NCBI GenBank assembly: GCA_050950825.1
Contig: JBMNIH010000010.1
Span: 160,001 to 224,000, forward strand
Origin: Clostridia bacterium
GTDB taxonomy: Bacteria > Bacillota > Clostridia > JAAYHZ01
Length of the DNA stretch: 64,000 bases
Direction: 5' to 3'
The translations under genes were made by a program, and so were the position numbers. Below the pieces are notes generated by a model. The model did not search any database and was not told the origin of the DNA. It was given only the letters and a program-made list of their open reading frames with translations. This document shows positions 62,886 through 64,000 of this stretch, piece after piece (positions within the stretch are counted from its first letter, which is position 1; each line of letters opens with the position of its first letter).

Positions 62886-63152
62886 TTGATTCAAAAAAAA
62901 GACTTTTCGCAAATTAAGAGAGATATTGAAACCTGTGTAGGAGAACGGATCAAGCTGAAGGCAAACAAAGGCAGAAGCAAGACCTTTGAAAGAGAGGGAA
63001 TCATCGAGCAGTCTTATCCTTCCGTGTTTGTGGTGCGGCTCGATTTCGATTGCCGGTCCGCTCGAAGAATTTCATACAGCTATACCGATGTTTTAACGAA
63101 ATCGGTGGAAATTGTATTGTTGAAGGACAACAGAGCCATTGAAGTTTGCTAG
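62886..63152 (+). CDS. veg: Veg family protein
   Basis: LKAN.GR.K, YPSVF, SYSYTDVLT motifs. Confidence 0.93.
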   Translation: MIQKKDFSQIKRDIETCVGERIKLKANKGRSKTFEREGIIEQSYPSVFVVRLDFDCRSARRISYSYTDVLTKSVEIVLLKDNRAIEVC

Positions 63153-63384
63153 TTCTTAAGTGATATACAAACCCAAAATGGTTTTTTTTATGTATATCAT
63201 GTTTGTTGTGACCAAAAAATATTCTCTTACAAAAGCGGTTATGGGGCATAATGATATTTTGCAAGAAAACTATTTTATATGAAAGTATAAAATAGTTTTT
63301 TTTGATTTCTTTTTTATCAAAACGCATATTCCCCGCCTTGGACAAATATATATGAATAAACGTATACCGCCAAGGAGGATATGT

Positions 63385-64000
63385 ATGGAGATAAACTATT
63401 TGTCTGAAAATATAAAGCTATACAATTTGTCGAAGGCTATCAAAAAGACTGTTTTTATGGAATACGAACACGTCATATCCGATTCGAGGGCCGATGTAGC
63501 CTCGGTCATTAAAGGGAATGCCCACGTTACCGAAGATAATGTTGTATTGGACAACGGTTTGCTTAAGCTCAAAGGCAAGCTGAAGACCGTTGTTTGCTTG
63601 AAAAGTGTCAACGGAAGCTTGTTCAGCGTTCAGCAGGTGTTGGACATCGACGAAAAACTGGACACTTTCGAGGGAGGCGACGAAATCACCATCGCATCCT
63701 CTTGCGTCGTGGAAAAAGTCGAATGCCGGATCATAAACGAAAGAAAAATCGGGGTTCGGGTTCGGTTTGATGTATTTGTAGACTGCAACGGAGTAAAAAG
63801 CGTGGATGTCATTTCCGGGCTGGAGGAAAATCAGAATGCGGAAGTGAGAACCAAAGAGCTGCAGGTGAACCGATTTGCAGGAAACATCGATAAAAACATA
63901 GAAGTGTCGGATACCTTCTTGATTCCCAATGATTTTCCGGAAGTGTTCGAATTGCTGGATTATGAAGCGGTGTTAAAAAACGTGGAAAGCGTCATTAGCG
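63385..64000 (+). CDS. SPOCS/DUF3794 spore coat assembly protein (SipL-like), truncated by window edge
   Basis: AAGGAGG RBS; open frame MEINYLSENIKL...ISDSRADV...IINERKI; follows veg. Confidence 0.7.
   Translation, partial: MEINYLSENIKLYNLSKAIKKTVFMEYEHVISDSRADVASVIKGNAHVTEDNVVLDNGLLKLKGKLKTVVCLKSVNGSLFSVQQVLDIDEKLDTFEGGDEITIASSCVVEKVECRIINERKIGVRVRFDVFVDCNGVKSVDVISGLEENQNAEVRTKELQVNRFAGNIDKNIEVSDTFLIPNDFPEVFELLDYEAVLKNVESVIS

Overview
A low-GC, spore-forming Firmicute (Clostridia-like) chromosome segment. It carries argS, two tRNA-Ser genes and an accessory patch (YyaL-like protein, DeoR regulator, GH51 enzyme, IS110 element, frameshifted DUF1801 gene). Core genes follow: hppA, BirA-controlled bioY, a ger operon, mgtE, an aro/pheA operon, a FapR-controlled fab operon, an ilv/cimA/leu operon, a glycerol-3-phosphate oxidation cluster, six amidohydrolases with two Gfo/Idh/MocA oxidoreductases, ylmH, typA, veg and a partial SPOCS coat gene. 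The most interesting signals are non-coding and absent from the ORF track. (1) A complete ribosome-mediated attenuator with a 41-aa Phe/Tyr-rich leader peptide precedes the aro operon. (2) A 40-aa uORF with anti-Shine-Dalgarno (anti-SD) pairings precedes mgtE, where no M-box is evident. (3) The ilv T-box lacks the UGGN bulge. (4) The IS110 appears to have inserted into a Shine-Dalgarno sequence and has a long structured 3' end, a candidate bridge RNA. (5) There are two paired active plus ligand-less amidohydrolase modules. All calls come from reading the sequence by eye; no searches or folding programs were run.
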